Origin: an uncultured archaeon
GTDB taxonomy: Archaea > Iainarchaeota > Iainarchaeia > Iainarchaeales > DTGL01
Reading direction: 5' to 3'
Length of the DNA stretch: 57,940 nt
Assembly: GCA_964551725.1 (NCBI GenBank)
Contig: CAZKED010000005.1
Location: 1 to 57,940, forward strand
Within the stretch, counting starts at the first letter, position 1; every line of letters starts with the position of its first letter. The notes under the pieces are model-generated. The model was given only the letters and a program-made list of their open reading frames with translations. It ran no database searches and had not been told where the DNA came from. Positions 17,557 to 28,513 of this stretch are shown here, one piece after another. Made by a program: the position numbers and the translations under genes.

Positions 17557-17632
17557 TTTTATATTAATTAGAGTGGTTCGCTTTAATTGTCAGCTCTTCA
17601 TCGGAACAATAAATAATGTGCATAAAAGTGTT
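17557..17632 (+). repeat. Cassette-boundary repeat, copy 3 (76 bp)
   Basis: Identical to copy 2 apart from the 6-bp segment (ttcgct vs atgcaa). Confidence 0.95.
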
Positions 17633-17704
17633 CTCTCTTGTCATCCTTAAAAAAGAAATCTTTTTAACGATTAAAATTTAATATAAGTGAGAGAGGTGAT
17701 AAAT

Positions 17705-18133
17705 ATGTCAACGGAAGAAAACAAGGCTGTTGCCCGCCGCATTTTTGAAGAGATTATCAACGGGCGGAATCTGGAAGTGGTGGAAGAACTCATTGCTCCC
17801 GGTTATTTATTCCATGGCTCTGGCGGTCGCGAATTGCGCGGTCCCGAGGGATTCAAACAACTGATTTCCCAGCCCCATGCTGCCTTTCCAGATTTTCATC
17901 TCACGGTTGAGGACATAATTGCAGAGGGAGATAAAGTGGCGTGCCGTTTCTCGACCAAGGGCACACACAAAGGCGTTCTGGGCGGCATTCCGCCCACAAA
18001 GAAGCAGGTTACGAACAGGGGGATGTCGGTTTATAGAATTGCCGGCGGCAAGGTTACAGAGCACTGGGAAATCCTGGACATGCTGGGTGTTATGCATCAA
18101 CTCGGCGTGATTCCGCAGGAGCAAAAGAAATAA
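17705..18133 (+). CDS. SnoaL-like ester cyclase family protein
   Basis: MSTEENKAVARR, AFPDFHLTVEDIIAEGDKVACRF..GTHKG, GGKVTEHW..DMLGVMHQLG; GGTGA RBS. Confidence 0.9.
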   Translation: MSTEENKAVARRIFEEIINGRNLEVVEELIAPGYLFHGSGGRELRGPEGFKQLISQPHAAFPDFHLTVEDIIAEGDKVACRFSTKGTHKGVLGGIPPTKKQVTNRGMSVYRIAGGKVTEHWEILDMLGVMHQLGVIPQEQKK

Positions 18134-18159
18134 ACTTTGCACATCTAAAAAATCTTTTT

Positions 18160-18200
18160 GCATTGCGTGCTGGCTGCGTCTCTTCAGCACGCCGCAATGC
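18160..18200. other. GC-rich stem-loop between the island and pyrB
   Basis: GCATTGCG/CGCAATGC plus TGCTG/CAGCA with a 3-nt bulge. Confidence 0.5.
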
Positions 18201-18262
18201 GGTGAAATTTGCAAAAATTCCGCTTTTTGCCGAAATTTCCTCCTTTTCCGGGAAAGTTTTAA

Positions 18263-19785
<1,523 letters not shown>

Positions 19786-19789
19786 TTGA

Positions 19790-21118
19790 ATGGGCGCCGA
19801 ATTCGACCTAGTGCTTGACAGCGCTAATTTCCTGTACCGCGGAAAAGCCCGCAAAAAATGCATAGGAATCCGCGACGGAAAAATTTCGCGGGTAAAAGGC
19901 AGGCTCACCGCCGAAAAAAGAATGAGGTGCTCGCGCCTCTTTGTCCTGCCCGGTTTGGTTGATGTGCATGTGCATTTCCGCGTGCCGGGAGCGGGACAAA
20001 AAGAGGACTGGCTGCACGGTTCCAGGGCGGCACTGCACGGCGGCGTTACGTCCGTTCTCGACATGCCCAATAATACGCCGGGAATTTGCACCGCGCGGAA
20101 ACTCAAAAAAAAGCGCGCCATTGTAAAAAAGAAAGCGGGAGTGAATTTCGGCCTGCACTTCGGTGCCTCGCCCGAACACCTGGATGAAATTCAAAGAGCA
20201 AAGAATTTCGCAGCGCTGAAAATATTCATGGGTTCCTCGACAGGCACGCTTCTCCTGGACAAGCGCACTGAACAGAAAAAGGCGTTCTCCCTTGCAGAAA
20301 AAGCGGGAAAAATCGCAATGGTGCACGCCGAAGACGAACAGATAATAAAAAAAAACCTGGCGACGGCGAAAAGAAACGGGAAGAACGACATTCGCTTCCA
20401 TTCAAAAATCCGTTCGGTTGAAGCCGAGGAAAAAGCTGTAAAGCGCGCTTTGCAGTTGCAGCGGGAATGCGGGAACAGGCTGCATGTATGCCATGTCTCA
20501 AGCGCCCGTGCACTCGAACTTCTTAAAAAAGCCAAGCCGGAGGCAGCGGGAAAGATTTCCTGCGGTGTCACGCCGCACCATTTGTTTCTCGCGGAAGACG
20601 ACGCGGTATCGCTGGGAAACCTCGCGAAAGTTAACCCCTCGCTCAAGAGCAGGGCGGATTGCAGGGCGTTGTGGAACGCGCTTTTGCGTGGCACAGTAGA
20701 CCTGGTTGCTTCCGATCATGCCCCGCACACTTTCGGGGAAAAGAATACCGACTATTTCAGCGCGCCGAGCGGCGTTCCGGGAGTTGAAACAATGCTTCCA
20801 TTGCTGCTTAACGCTGTTAACAGCGGGCTGCTGCCGATGGGGAAGGTTGTTGAATGCTGTTGCGAGAATCCCGCGCGCCTCTTCGGTCTCCAGGGAAAAG
20901 GGCGGATTGAAGTGAATGCTGACGCCGACCTGGTTGTCGTGGACATGAAAAAAGAGCATTCCCTCAGGGGAAAGGAATTGTTCTCAAAGTGCATGTGGAC
21001 TCCCTTTGAGGGAATGCGCCTGAAGGGCTGTGTGGAAAAAACGCTTCTGGCAGGTGAAATCTTGTTTGACGGCGAGCAAATAGTTAGCGATAAAAAAGGA
21101 AGCGAGTTAATGTTTTAG
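19790..21118 (+). CDS. pyrC: Dihydroorotase
   Basis: PGLVDVHVHFRVPG, DMPNN, HAED, HVS, KVNPSL, SDHAPH; operon context. Confidence 0.9.
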   Translation: MGAEFDLVLDSANFLYRGKARKKCIGIRDGKISRVKGRLTAEKRMRCSRLFVLPGLVDVHVHFRVPGAGQKEDWLHGSRAALHGGVTSVLDMPNNTPGICTARKLKKKRAIVKKKAGVNFGLHFGASPEHLDEIQRAKNFAALKIFMGSSTGTLLLDKRTEQKKAFSLAEKAGKIAMVHAEDEQIIKKNLATAKRNGKNDIRFHSKIRSVEAEEKAVKRALQLQRECGNRLHVCHVSSARALELLKKAKPEAAGKISCGVTPHHLFLAEDDAVSLGNLAKVNPSLKSRADCRALWNALLRGTVDLVASDHAPHTFGEKNTDYFSAPSGVPGVETMLPLLLNAVNSGLLPMGKVVECCCENPARLFGLQGKGRIEVNADADLVVVDMKKEHSLRGKELFSKCMWTPFEGMRLKGCVEKTLLAGEILFDGEQIVSDKKGSELMF

Positions 21119-21131
21119 GGGGTGTTTTTTT

Positions 21132-21773
21132 TTGGATTCCTGGGAGGTTGCTGAAATCCTGCTCAAAATAAAAGCAGTGACATTGAGTCCGGGCAAGCCC
21201 TACCGTTACGCTTCGGGCATTTTGTCCCCAATCTACACCGACAACAGGCTGCTGATGGGCTATCCGAAAGAGCGCGCGAAAATAATCGATTCAATGGCAG
21301 CGCTGATTGCGGGAAAGGGGATAAAGGCGGATGTTGTTGCGGGCACCGCGACAGCGGGAATACCGCATGCAGCATGGCTCGCGGGAAAACTTGAAAAGCC
21401 CATGGTGTACGTGCGTTCGAAAGAAAAAGAGCACGGAAAGGAAAACAAAATAGAAGGTCGCGTTGAAAAAGGATGGAATGCGGTTGTGGTCGAAGACCTC
21501 ATAAGCACGGGCGGCAGTTCAATTGCAACAGTGCAGGGGCTGCGCGGCGCGGGTCTGACGGTGAACGATATTGTGGCGATTTTCACCTACGAAATGCGGG
21601 CGTCAGAGGAAAAATTCTCCGCCGAAAAAATCAGGCTGAATGCCCTCACCGGCTTTTCAACGATGATTGAAACCGCCGCAGCCGGGAATTACATCTCCCA
21701 AGAGGAGAAAAAAATCGCACTGGAGTGGAACAAGGACCCGGCGGACTGGGGCAAGAAAATGGGTTTTGAATAG
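21132..21773 (+). CDS. pyrE: Orotate phosphoribosyltransferase
   Basis: SGILSPIYTDNR, YVRSKEKEHG, VVEDLISTGGS. Confidence 0.95.
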   Translation: MDSWEVAEILLKIKAVTLSPGKPYRYASGILSPIYTDNRLLMGYPKERAKIIDSMAALIAGKGIKADVVAGTATAGIPHAAWLAGKLEKPMVYVRSKEKEHGKENKIEGRVEKGWNAVVVEDLISTGGSSIATVQGLRGAGLTVNDIVAIFTYEMRASEEKFSAEKIRLNALTGFSTMIETAAAGNYISQEEKKIALEWNKDPADWGKKMGFE

Positions 21774-21781
21774 GTGGCAAA

Positions 21782-22645
21782 ATGGAGTACTCTGAATTGC
21801 TGAAAGAATCAGCGGAAAAAAACAAGAGCATTGTGTGCATGGGCATCGACCCTTTGCTTGACAGGATTCCGCTGAAGGGAAAGCCGGTGGAGGACACGCT
21901 TGTTGAATTCTATTCCCAGATAATTGAGGCAGCCAGCCAAGAGAACTGCATGCCCTCCGCTTTCAAGCCAAATTACGCTTTTTTTGCACAGTACGGTTTT
22001 GCGGGTCTCCGGGCGCTCAAGAAAATAATTGAATTGGTTAAGGGAACAGGCGTTCCGTTAATTTTGGACGTGAAGCGCGCTGACATAGGAAAGACAAGCA
22101 AAGCGTACGGCAGAGAAATTTTCGAGTTCTGGCAGGCGGACTGTGCAACAATCCAGCCCTACATGGGCTCTGACTCAGTGCAGCCATTCGTTGAATGGTG
22201 CGAGCAGAAAGGCAAGGGTTTGTATTTGCTGAACAGGACTTCCAACAAAGGTGCAACGGATTTTCAGAACCTTAAAACCGAGACAGGCAATCCGTTGTAT
22301 CTGGACATTTCAAAAAAGCTCGTTGAATGGGGTGCGAAAAGCAGGGGCAATCTCGGCGCGGTTGTAGGTGCCACTTCTCCAGCCGAATTGGAGGCAATTT
22401 GTAATTACTTTGTTAAAAATTCCCAGTTCGGGGTTCCGCTGCTCATTCCCGGTGTGGGCGCGCAGGGCGGTTCCGCCGAAGAGGTTTGCGCTGTACTGAA
22501 AAAAACGGGAATGCCTCTCGCATTGCAGCGTATAAATTCGAGTAGCGGAATAAATTTCGCCTACGAAAAGGAAGGTACGGATGATTTTGCGGGCGCGGCG
22601 GTGCGCGCAATAAAGAAGCTCAACTCGGAGATTGGATTCAAATGA
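21782..22645 (+). CDS. pyrF: Orotidine-5'-phosphate decarboxylase
   Basis: CMGIDP, FKPNYAFF, DVKRADIGKT, RTSN, GAVVGAT, LLIPGVGAQGG. Confidence 0.95.
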   Translation: MEYSELLKESAEKNKSIVCMGIDPLLDRIPLKGKPVEDTLVEFYSQIIEAASQENCMPSAFKPNYAFFAQYGFAGLRALKKIIELVKGTGVPLILDVKRADIGKTSKAYGREIFEFWQADCATIQPYMGSDSVQPFVEWCEQKGKGLYLLNRTSNKGATDFQNLKTETGNPLYLDISKKLVEWGAKSRGNLGAVVGATSPAELEAICNYFVKNSQFGVPLLIPGVGAQGGSAEEVCAVLKKTGMPLALQRINSSSGINFAYEKEGTDDFAGAAVRAIKKLNSEIGFK

Positions 22646-23172
22646 AAAAGGCAATCGCTGTCGTGGGCTCCGCAGCCGTTTCACCCAGCGAATCCGAGAT
22701 AAAATTGTGCAGGGAACTCGGAAAAGCGATTGCAGGGCGAGGTTTTGTCCTGCTTACGGGCGCTTGCCCGGGGTTCCCGCTTGAAGCCGCGCGCGGGGCA
22801 AGGAAAGCAGAGGGCACGGTCGTGGGAATTTCTCCCGCTCCGGACTACAAAGCGCACGTGGAGCAATGGGATTATCCGGTGCAGGAATTCGATTCGATTA
22901 TTTTTCCCGGCTTTGGCAGGGGCAGGAACCTCGTGCTGGTGAGAAGCGCTTCCGCGGTTGCTGTGTTGGGCGGAAGAATGGGTACTTTGAACGAATTCAC
23001 AATTGCGTTCGAGGAGGGAAAGCCCATAGGAGTTCTCTCGGGCATCCGCGGAATCGGCGAGCACCTGGAAAAAATAGCGGAATGGGCGCGTAAGGAAACA
23101 GGGGCTAAAATTTTCCGTTCAGCCGATGCGAAAGAACTGGTTGAACTGCTGGCAAAGGAAACGGAACGCTAA
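22642..23172 (+). CDS. LOG/SMF-like nucleotide-binding protein (TIGR00725-like)
   Basis: LTGACPG, RNLVLVRS, GGRMGTLNEF. Confidence 0.8.
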   Translation: MKKAIAVVGSAAVSPSESEIKLCRELGKAIAGRGFVLLTGACPGFPLEAARGARKAEGTVVGISPAPDYKAHVEQWDYPVQEFDSIIFPGFGRGRNLVLVRSASAVAVLGGRMGTLNEFTIAFEEGKPIGVLSGIRGIGEHLEKIAEWARKETGAKIFRSADAKELVELLAKETER

Positions 23173-24341
23173 AAGAGCAAATCCCTGCATGCCAGCGCGG
23201 TTATTTCCGCGAACTGGGTGAGCTGCCTTAATTCTATGAATTCGTTTGACTTGTGCAATTTTTTTGCCCCGGGGCAGAATCCAACCGCGAAAATCCCTTT
23301 TGCGGCGAATTTTTTTGCCATTGTAGTGCCGCTTTCCGTTATTACCCTCGGGGTTTTCTTGCCTATCGCTTCCGTGTTCTTGATGAGGGAATGCACCAAG
23401 GGATGCGTTTTTTTCAGGAGGAAGGGCGGCTGGTTTTCCTCGATTTCTATTTTGAATTTCGCCTTCGGATTCTTTTTTTCAACGCTTTTCGCGAACCTTT
23501 CCAGTTTTCTGAGCATTTTTTCCGGGTTCTGGCAGGGCAGATAGCGTATGTCAAATTCCACAACGCAGTCCGCCGGCACGGTGTTGAAAGAGGCGCCGCC
23601 CTTTATTGTTCCAACGTTGAGCGTGGGTTTTCCGAAATAGCGCATTTTTTTGTATTTCATGTTCCATTTGCCCAGTTTGCGGAGGAATTCCGCCATGTTC
23701 GTTATTGCGTTCACTCCCTTTTTCGGTCTTGAACCGTGCGCCTGCTTTCCCACGGATTCGACTCTGACACGCATTATTCCCTTTTCGCCTATTGTTATTT
23801 CCCTCATTCCCGAGCCGATGTCGGGAATGATTGCATAATCCGAATTGAGTTTTTTTTCATTGAGCAGGAATGCGGCTCCGAGTTTCGAGCCGCGTTCTTC
23901 GTCCGCGGCAAAAACCGCTGTCAGCGTTCCGCGCATTTCCTTTTCGTATTTTTTCATTGCGAGCATGAGGAAAAGCGTTGCCGCAAGCGGACCCTTGTCG
24001 TCCTCCGCGCCCCTGCCGTAAATCCTGCCGTGCTTTTCCACTGCCCTGAAAGGATCGGTTTTCCAGCCCTCGCCTGCGGGAACAACATCCGAATGGCAGG
24101 CAATGCACAGTTTGGGGTTTCCCCTGCCGATTCTTGCTATAACGTTTGTCCGTCCGCGTTCTTTTGCGTAAGTCCTGAATTTTATTCCCCGCGCTTTGAG
24201 CTCGCGTTTTATAATGCGAGCGGCAAGGTATTCCCTGCCCGGCGGGTTCACTGTTTTTGCTGAAATGAGTTCCTTGAGCAGCGAGGATATTTTGCTCTCT
24301 CCCGCGGAAATTTCCTCGAGCAGTTCTTTTTCTGCCACCAT
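23169..24341 (-). CDS. M20 family metallopeptidase (ArgE/DapE-like)
   Basis: HSDVVPAG, GRGAEDDKG, DEERG, AHGSRP..GVNAI, HKSNE. Confidence 0.9.
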   Translation of the reverse strand: MVAEKELLEEISAGESKISSLLKELISAKTVNPPGREYLAARIIKRELKARGIKFRTYAKERGRTNVIARIGRGNPKLCIACHSDVVPAGEGWKTDPFRAVEKHGRIYGRGAEDDKGPLAATLFLMLAMKKYEKEMRGTLTAVFAADEERGSKLGAAFLLNEKKLNSDYAIIPDIGSGMREITIGEKGIMRVRVESVGKQAHGSRPKKGVNAITNMAEFLRKLGKWNMKYKKMRYFGKPTLNVGTIKGGASFNTVPADCVVEFDIRYLPCQNPEKMLRKLERFAKSVEKKNPKAKFKIEIEENQPPFLLKKTHPLVHSLIKNTEAIGKKTPRVITESGTTMAKKFAAKGIFAVGFCPGAKKLHKSNEFIELRQLTQFAEITALACRDLLF

Positions 24342-24421
24342 TTTACCGCAAGAATTGAATCCGATACTTTTTTTAAAGTGAATTGCGTTATTGTTCTACA
24401 TTGCTGTTTTACGGTGACCGC

Positions 24422-25951
24422 ATGGAGGAACAGGAACACTATTCGATGAACCTTAAGGTCAAAACCATTCCGGTTGTTGCAAAAATATTCATTTCAATAC
24501 TCCACGAGGAGACCGCGAAAAGCCTGGGCATTCTTCCCCTGGACCGGGCGGAGCTCGTGCACGAGGAAAAGAACCGCTCTGTTATCACGGTGGTGGACAC
24601 AACCGATTCAATGATTAAAAGGGACGAAATAGGGATTTTCGAGGACGTCAGGCAGAAACTGAACGTGAAGGAAGGGGAAAAGCTCGAGGTTTCAGGCGTT
24701 TCAACTCCCGAATCATTGGAATTCATAAAGAAGAAAATGCACGGCGGAACCCTGGGCGAAACCGAGATTAAAAAAATCGTCGAGGACTTCGGCGAAAACA
24801 AGCTGTCGGATATAGAGGCAAGCGCTTTCATGACTTCGGTGTTCATTAACGGTTACACACTGAACGAAACGGTTGCAATGGCTAGGGCGCTTACTGAAAA
24901 CGGCATTACGCTTAAACTGGACGTTGAACCTGTCGTGGACAAGCATTCCATAGGCGGCGTGAACGGCAGGGCGACAATGCTCATTGTCCCGCTAGTTGCC
25001 TGCGCTGGTCTCTACATTCCCAAAACGTCCTCGCGCTCCATTACCTCGGCTGCCGGCACCGCTGACGCAATGGACGTGCTCGCCAATGTGAGCCTTTCCG
25101 CAGAGCAGATAAAATCCATTACGGAAAAGCACGGCGGCGTAATTGCTTGGGGTGGTTCCCTTGACCTCGCGCCGGTGGACGACAAAATAATAAAGATTGA
25201 AAGACCGCTCTCCATGGACCCCAAGGGGCAGGTTATTGCCAGCGTTCTGGCAAAGAAGGCGTCTGTTGGCTCGAAGTACGTTGTTGTCGACATTCCCATT
25301 GGCAAGATGCTTAAGGTCAAGAGCAGGCAGGACGGAAAGGAACTCGCGGGAATGTTCATAAAGGTGGGAAGCAAGCTGGGAATGAAGGTTGAAGCCGTGC
25401 TTACCGACGGAGAGCAGCCGAGCGGTTCGGCTTTCGGTTCCGCCCTTGAAGCGGCGCACGTTTTGAAAATCCTCGAAGGACAGGTTTACGATTCCCTGGC
25501 GCAGAAGAGCTGCGAGTTGGCGGGAGTGCTGTTCGAGTTGGCCGGTAAGAGAAAGCAGGGAAGGGGATACGATTACGCAAAGAAACTCTTGGAATCGGGC
25601 GAAGCCCTCAAGAAATTCCAGAAAATAATAAGAGCGCAGGGAAAGCGCATTGACCGCTCAAAGGACGTTCCTGTAGCGCCTTACAAGACGGAAGTGCACG
25701 CCGGCAAAGCCGGCGAAGTGAGCTATATCAACGTGAAGAAAATGATAAACATCGCAAAGATTGCGGGCGCTCCCTCGGATGTCACTGCCGGCGTTCTCCT
25801 AAACGTGGAGGTCGGGCAGAAAGTCAAGGCAGGCGAATTGCTTTACGAAATCCACGCGGAGAACCGCAGGAAACTCGACCTTGCGGCAAAGTACGCGGCA
25901 AAGGACAAAGCCGTGCAGATGGAAAAAATAATAATCGAAAGGTTTATTTAG
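24422..25951 (+). CDS. AMP phosphorylase (archaeal nucleoside monophosphate phosphorylase)
   Basis: N-terminal barrel domain, DKHSIGGV, PKTSSRSITSAAGTADAM, YVVVDIPIG. Confidence 0.92.
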   Translation: MEEQEHYSMNLKVKTIPVVAKIFISILHEETAKSLGILPLDRAELVHEEKNRSVITVVDTTDSMIKRDEIGIFEDVRQKLNVKEGEKLEVSGVSTPESLEFIKKKMHGGTLGETEIKKIVEDFGENKLSDIEASAFMTSVFINGYTLNETVAMARALTENGITLKLDVEPVVDKHSIGGVNGRATMLIVPLVACAGLYIPKTSSRSITSAAGTADAMDVLANVSLSAEQIKSITEKHGGVIAWGGSLDLAPVDDKIIKIERPLSMDPKGQVIASVLAKKASVGSKYVVVDIPIGKMLKVKSRQDGKELAGMFIKVGSKLGMKVEAVLTDGEQPSGSAFGSALEAAHVLKILEGQVYDSLAQKSCELAGVLFELAGKRKQGRGYDYAKKLLESGEALKKFQKIIRAQGKRIDRSKDVPVAPYKTEVHAGKAGEVSYINVKKMINIAKIAGAPSDVTAGVLLNVEVGQKVKAGELLYEIHAENRRKLDLAAKYAAKDKAVQMEKIIIERFI

Positions 25952-26676
25952 TAACACAATTTAAACGCAAAAGAAACGACATCCTTTCCAGAACCATCTT
26001 TGATGTGATCTGGGTCCCAAATATAATCGTTTTCTAATATTTTCCTTTCATTGTTTAATTCGGCGATAGCCTTGCAAGCAATCATTCTAGCCGACCCATA
26101 TCCGAATATCCAAAATACTTCGTTTTCATTTTTTATTAATTTTAAAATTTTTGATTTAGTGGAGGAGATAGAGTCATCTCCTTTAACAAAAATAGTTATT
26201 CTGTCCCAATTTTCAATCATTTTGTCAAATTTTTTAGCGATATCCTCTGTAAGTAGATTTTCTAACTTTAATTTGCTTAGATATGCTATAACGCTATGAA
26301 TAGCCCCCGTAGACCCCATGTTTATTACAGTTACGCCCTTGGGGCCCTCTCTGCTTAGAGCTTCTGTCTTTATAGAAGAAATATCGATTTTTTCACCCAA
26401 CCTGTTGCTTTCTGCAACGACTAGCCCCACACGGCAGAAATCAATTGCCCAATGATCAGCGCCTACACATTCCTTGAGTCTTTTGAACGCATCTCTTTTT
26501 GATATTTCAGCAAGAGCATTTCCCATTTTGTGGGATGCGCTAAAGCCATATTTTTTCCTATTAGCAAGTTTGCTAAGTTTGCCTAAAATCTTATCAATTA
26601 CAGCAGCGGTGGCCCCCTTAGACATTGAATAAACTAATTCTTTCAGGATTTTTTGTGGGGATTCATCCCCACTCAT
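25948..26676 (-). CDS. Hypothetical protein (AT-rich insert)
   Basis: 242-aa ORF, no motif recognised. Confidence 0.75.
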   Translation of the reverse strand: MSGDESPQKILKELVYSMSKGATAAVIDKILGKLSKLANRKKYGFSASHKMGNALAEISKRDAFKRLKECVGADHWAIDFCRVGLVVAESNRLGEKIDISSIKTEALSREGPKGVTVINMGSTGAIHSVIAYLSKLKLENLLTEDIAKKFDKMIENWDRITIFVKGDDSISSTKSKILKLIKNENEVFWIFGYGSARMIACKAIAELNNERKILENDYIWDPDHIKDGSGKDVVSFAFKLCY

Positions 26677-26933
26677 TTTTTCACCTGTTTCTCCTCAAAT
26701 TCAGAAAGATATTTGGATACAGAAAGAGGGTCACCTTTGATAACCAATAGGGAACCAGGAACAATTGTGGCACTGTCAAAGGAAACTTTTTCATCTGAAT
26801 TTGGGCAAATGTAAGGTTTTCCATTTTTTTTATCGTATAAGAAACCGTCTTCCAAAATTTCATAACCTAAAGCTTTAAGTAATGCCCTTTTTTGCTCTTG
26901 GGTTATGTTAAAGAATTTTAATGTTTTTTCCAT
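26673..26933 (-). CDS. Hypothetical small protein (AT-rich insert)
   Basis: 86-aa ORF with GGAGG RBS; ATGA overlap with the downstream gene. Confidence 0.75.
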   Translation of the reverse strand: MEKTLKFFNITQEQKRALLKALGYEILEDGFLYDKKNGKPYICPNSDEKVSFDSATIVPGSLLVIKGDPLSVSKYLSEFEEKQVKK

Positions 26934-27002
26934 GGGAGGCCTCTATACAATATCCTCTCAAGGGGTATTTAAATCTATCTATTGAAAAAATTTAAAACTC
27001 TC

Positions 27003-27836
27003 TTAAAGGGTCCTCTTTGAGGTAAGGGAGTTGAATAATTCCACCAAATCTTCCACTCCGAGGAGCATTACTTTTTTTTGCGCGTTTTTCAGTTCCGCGC
27101 GCTTTTTCCCGAATTTTTTTTTCTCAAGCGCGAGCTCCCTTGAAATAAAAGGGAACGCTTTCTGCAGCGCGTTGCTCAGATTCTTGTTTTTGTAGCGGAA
27201 CAATTGCTCGACAAAGCGCTCGAATTTTTCCTCGTCCGCTGCAGGGGGTTCCCGCTTGATTCTTTTCATTCTCAGTATGACGGAATCGCTTTTTGGTTTA
27301 GGAAAAAAGGAGCCGGGTCCAAGCCTTTTGAGGGGCTTGAGGGAGAAATGGTATTGCGACAGAACGCTTAACGCGCCGTATTCCGCGAAGCCGGGCTGCG
27401 CGATTAGCTTTTCCACGAATTCCGCCTGGAAAACCAGAATGCCGAGTTCGAATTTTTCGCGGAGAAGGCGCATGACAATTTTTTTGCTTATGTTGTAGGG
27501 CGGGAATGAAACGACCTTGTTGAATGCCGGCAGTTCGCAGTGCAGGAAGTCCGCGTTCAGTACTGTGAGATTTTTTTTGGGCAGTTCTTTCCGCAGCAGT
27601 TCGCAGAATCCTTTTTCTATTTCAAGCGCTATTACCCTGCAGTGTTTTTGGATTTCCCTGGTTAAAAAGCCCGTGCCCGCACCAATTTCGAGCACTGTGT
27701 CTTTTTCTTTCAGCGCGGATTCGCGCACGATTCTTTCTATTGCCCGCCAGTTTACGACGAAGTTTTGCCCGAATTTTTTCGAGGGGCGGAAGCGGTATTT
27801 CACCATCAAATTGTTCAGTTCTGTGAACAAACTCAT
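27003..27836 (-). CDS. ksgA: 16S rRNA m6,2A dimethyltransferase (KsgA/Dim1)
   Basis: KKFGQNF, VLEIGAGTG, YGALSV, FFPKPKSDS; conserved neighbourhood. Confidence 0.93.
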   Translation of the reverse strand: MSLFTELNNLMVKYRFRPSKKFGQNFVVNWRAIERIVRESALKEKDTVLEIGAGTGFLTREIQKHCRVIALEIEKGFCELLRKELPKKNLTVLNADFLHCELPAFNKVVSFPPYNISKKIVMRLLREKFELGILVFQAEFVEKLIAQPGFAEYGALSVLSQYHFSLKPLKRLGPGSFFPKPKSDSVILRMKRIKREPPAADEEKFERFVEQLFRYKNKNLSNALQKAFPFISRELALEKKKFGKKRAELKNAQKKVMLLGVEDLVELFNSLTSKRTL

Positions 27837-27859
27837 TGAACCATCCCTTGCACAGCGCT

Positions 27860-28450
27860 TCACCGGAAGCGCAGTCTCTCCTTTTTGGGAGGTCTTGCGA
27901 AAAGGTAGTGCTTTAGGTCTTTGTCGCGGAGTTCTGAAATTATTCTTTTTATTATTGTTTTTTCGGGGTTGGGCATAAGCGGAACGCGCTTTTCCATGTC
28001 CTCGAATGACTTGAATGCCTGCTTCTCCCGCTCGGACAGAATGTCGCGCATGTGCTTTTTTCCCAGCCCGGGCAGCAGTTCGAGCTGGTGCCTTCTGATT
28101 GTTATCGGTCCTGCTTCGTTGTAGAATTTGAGGAATTTTTCGCTTTCCTTTTTCACTATTTCATTTATCGCGTTCTCCAGTTCGTTCTGTGCCGTAGAAG
28201 TTAGCTCTTCAAAATTTATTCTTTTTTTTATGAACAGCACTTTGTCCCTTTCCTCCTTCCCTATGTAAACGCGCTCCATTGCTTTCAGTTCGCCTTTGGG
28301 CACCACTTCCAGCAAGGTGAAATATTTTTCCCCCAGCAACTGCGCTATTGGCTCTTCCTTGAAGGAGGTGCTCTTTCCTTTGGGCAGATAGTCAAGCGTG
28401 AGCGCAAAGTCCTCTACGAGCATCTCTTTTTTTTCATTGCCTTTTTCCAT
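27860..28450 (-). CDS. DUF655 family RNA-binding protein
   Basis: ALTLDYLPKG, FTLLEV, FYNEAGPITIRRHQLELLPGLGKKH. Confidence 0.92.
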   Translation of the reverse strand: MEKGNEKKEMLVEDFALTLDYLPKGKSTSFKEEPIAQLLGEKYFTLLEVVPKGELKAMERVYIGKEERDKVLFIKKRINFEELTSTAQNELENAINEIVKKESEKFLKFYNEAGPITIRRHQLELLPGLGKKHMRDILSEREKQAFKSFEDMEKRVPLMPNPEKTIIKRIISELRDKDLKHYLFARPPKKERLRFR

Positions 28451-28513
28451 AAGAGCCCCCCCTTTTTTTTATCCAGTTTTTTTCTGATTGTTCTGTTTTT
28501 TTCCTCTTTTTGA

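Noticed and set aside
15968-17632. CRISPR array interpretation of the three repeats
   Set aside because: Spacing is ~800 bp with whole genes between copies; no 30-40 nt spacers and no cas genes.
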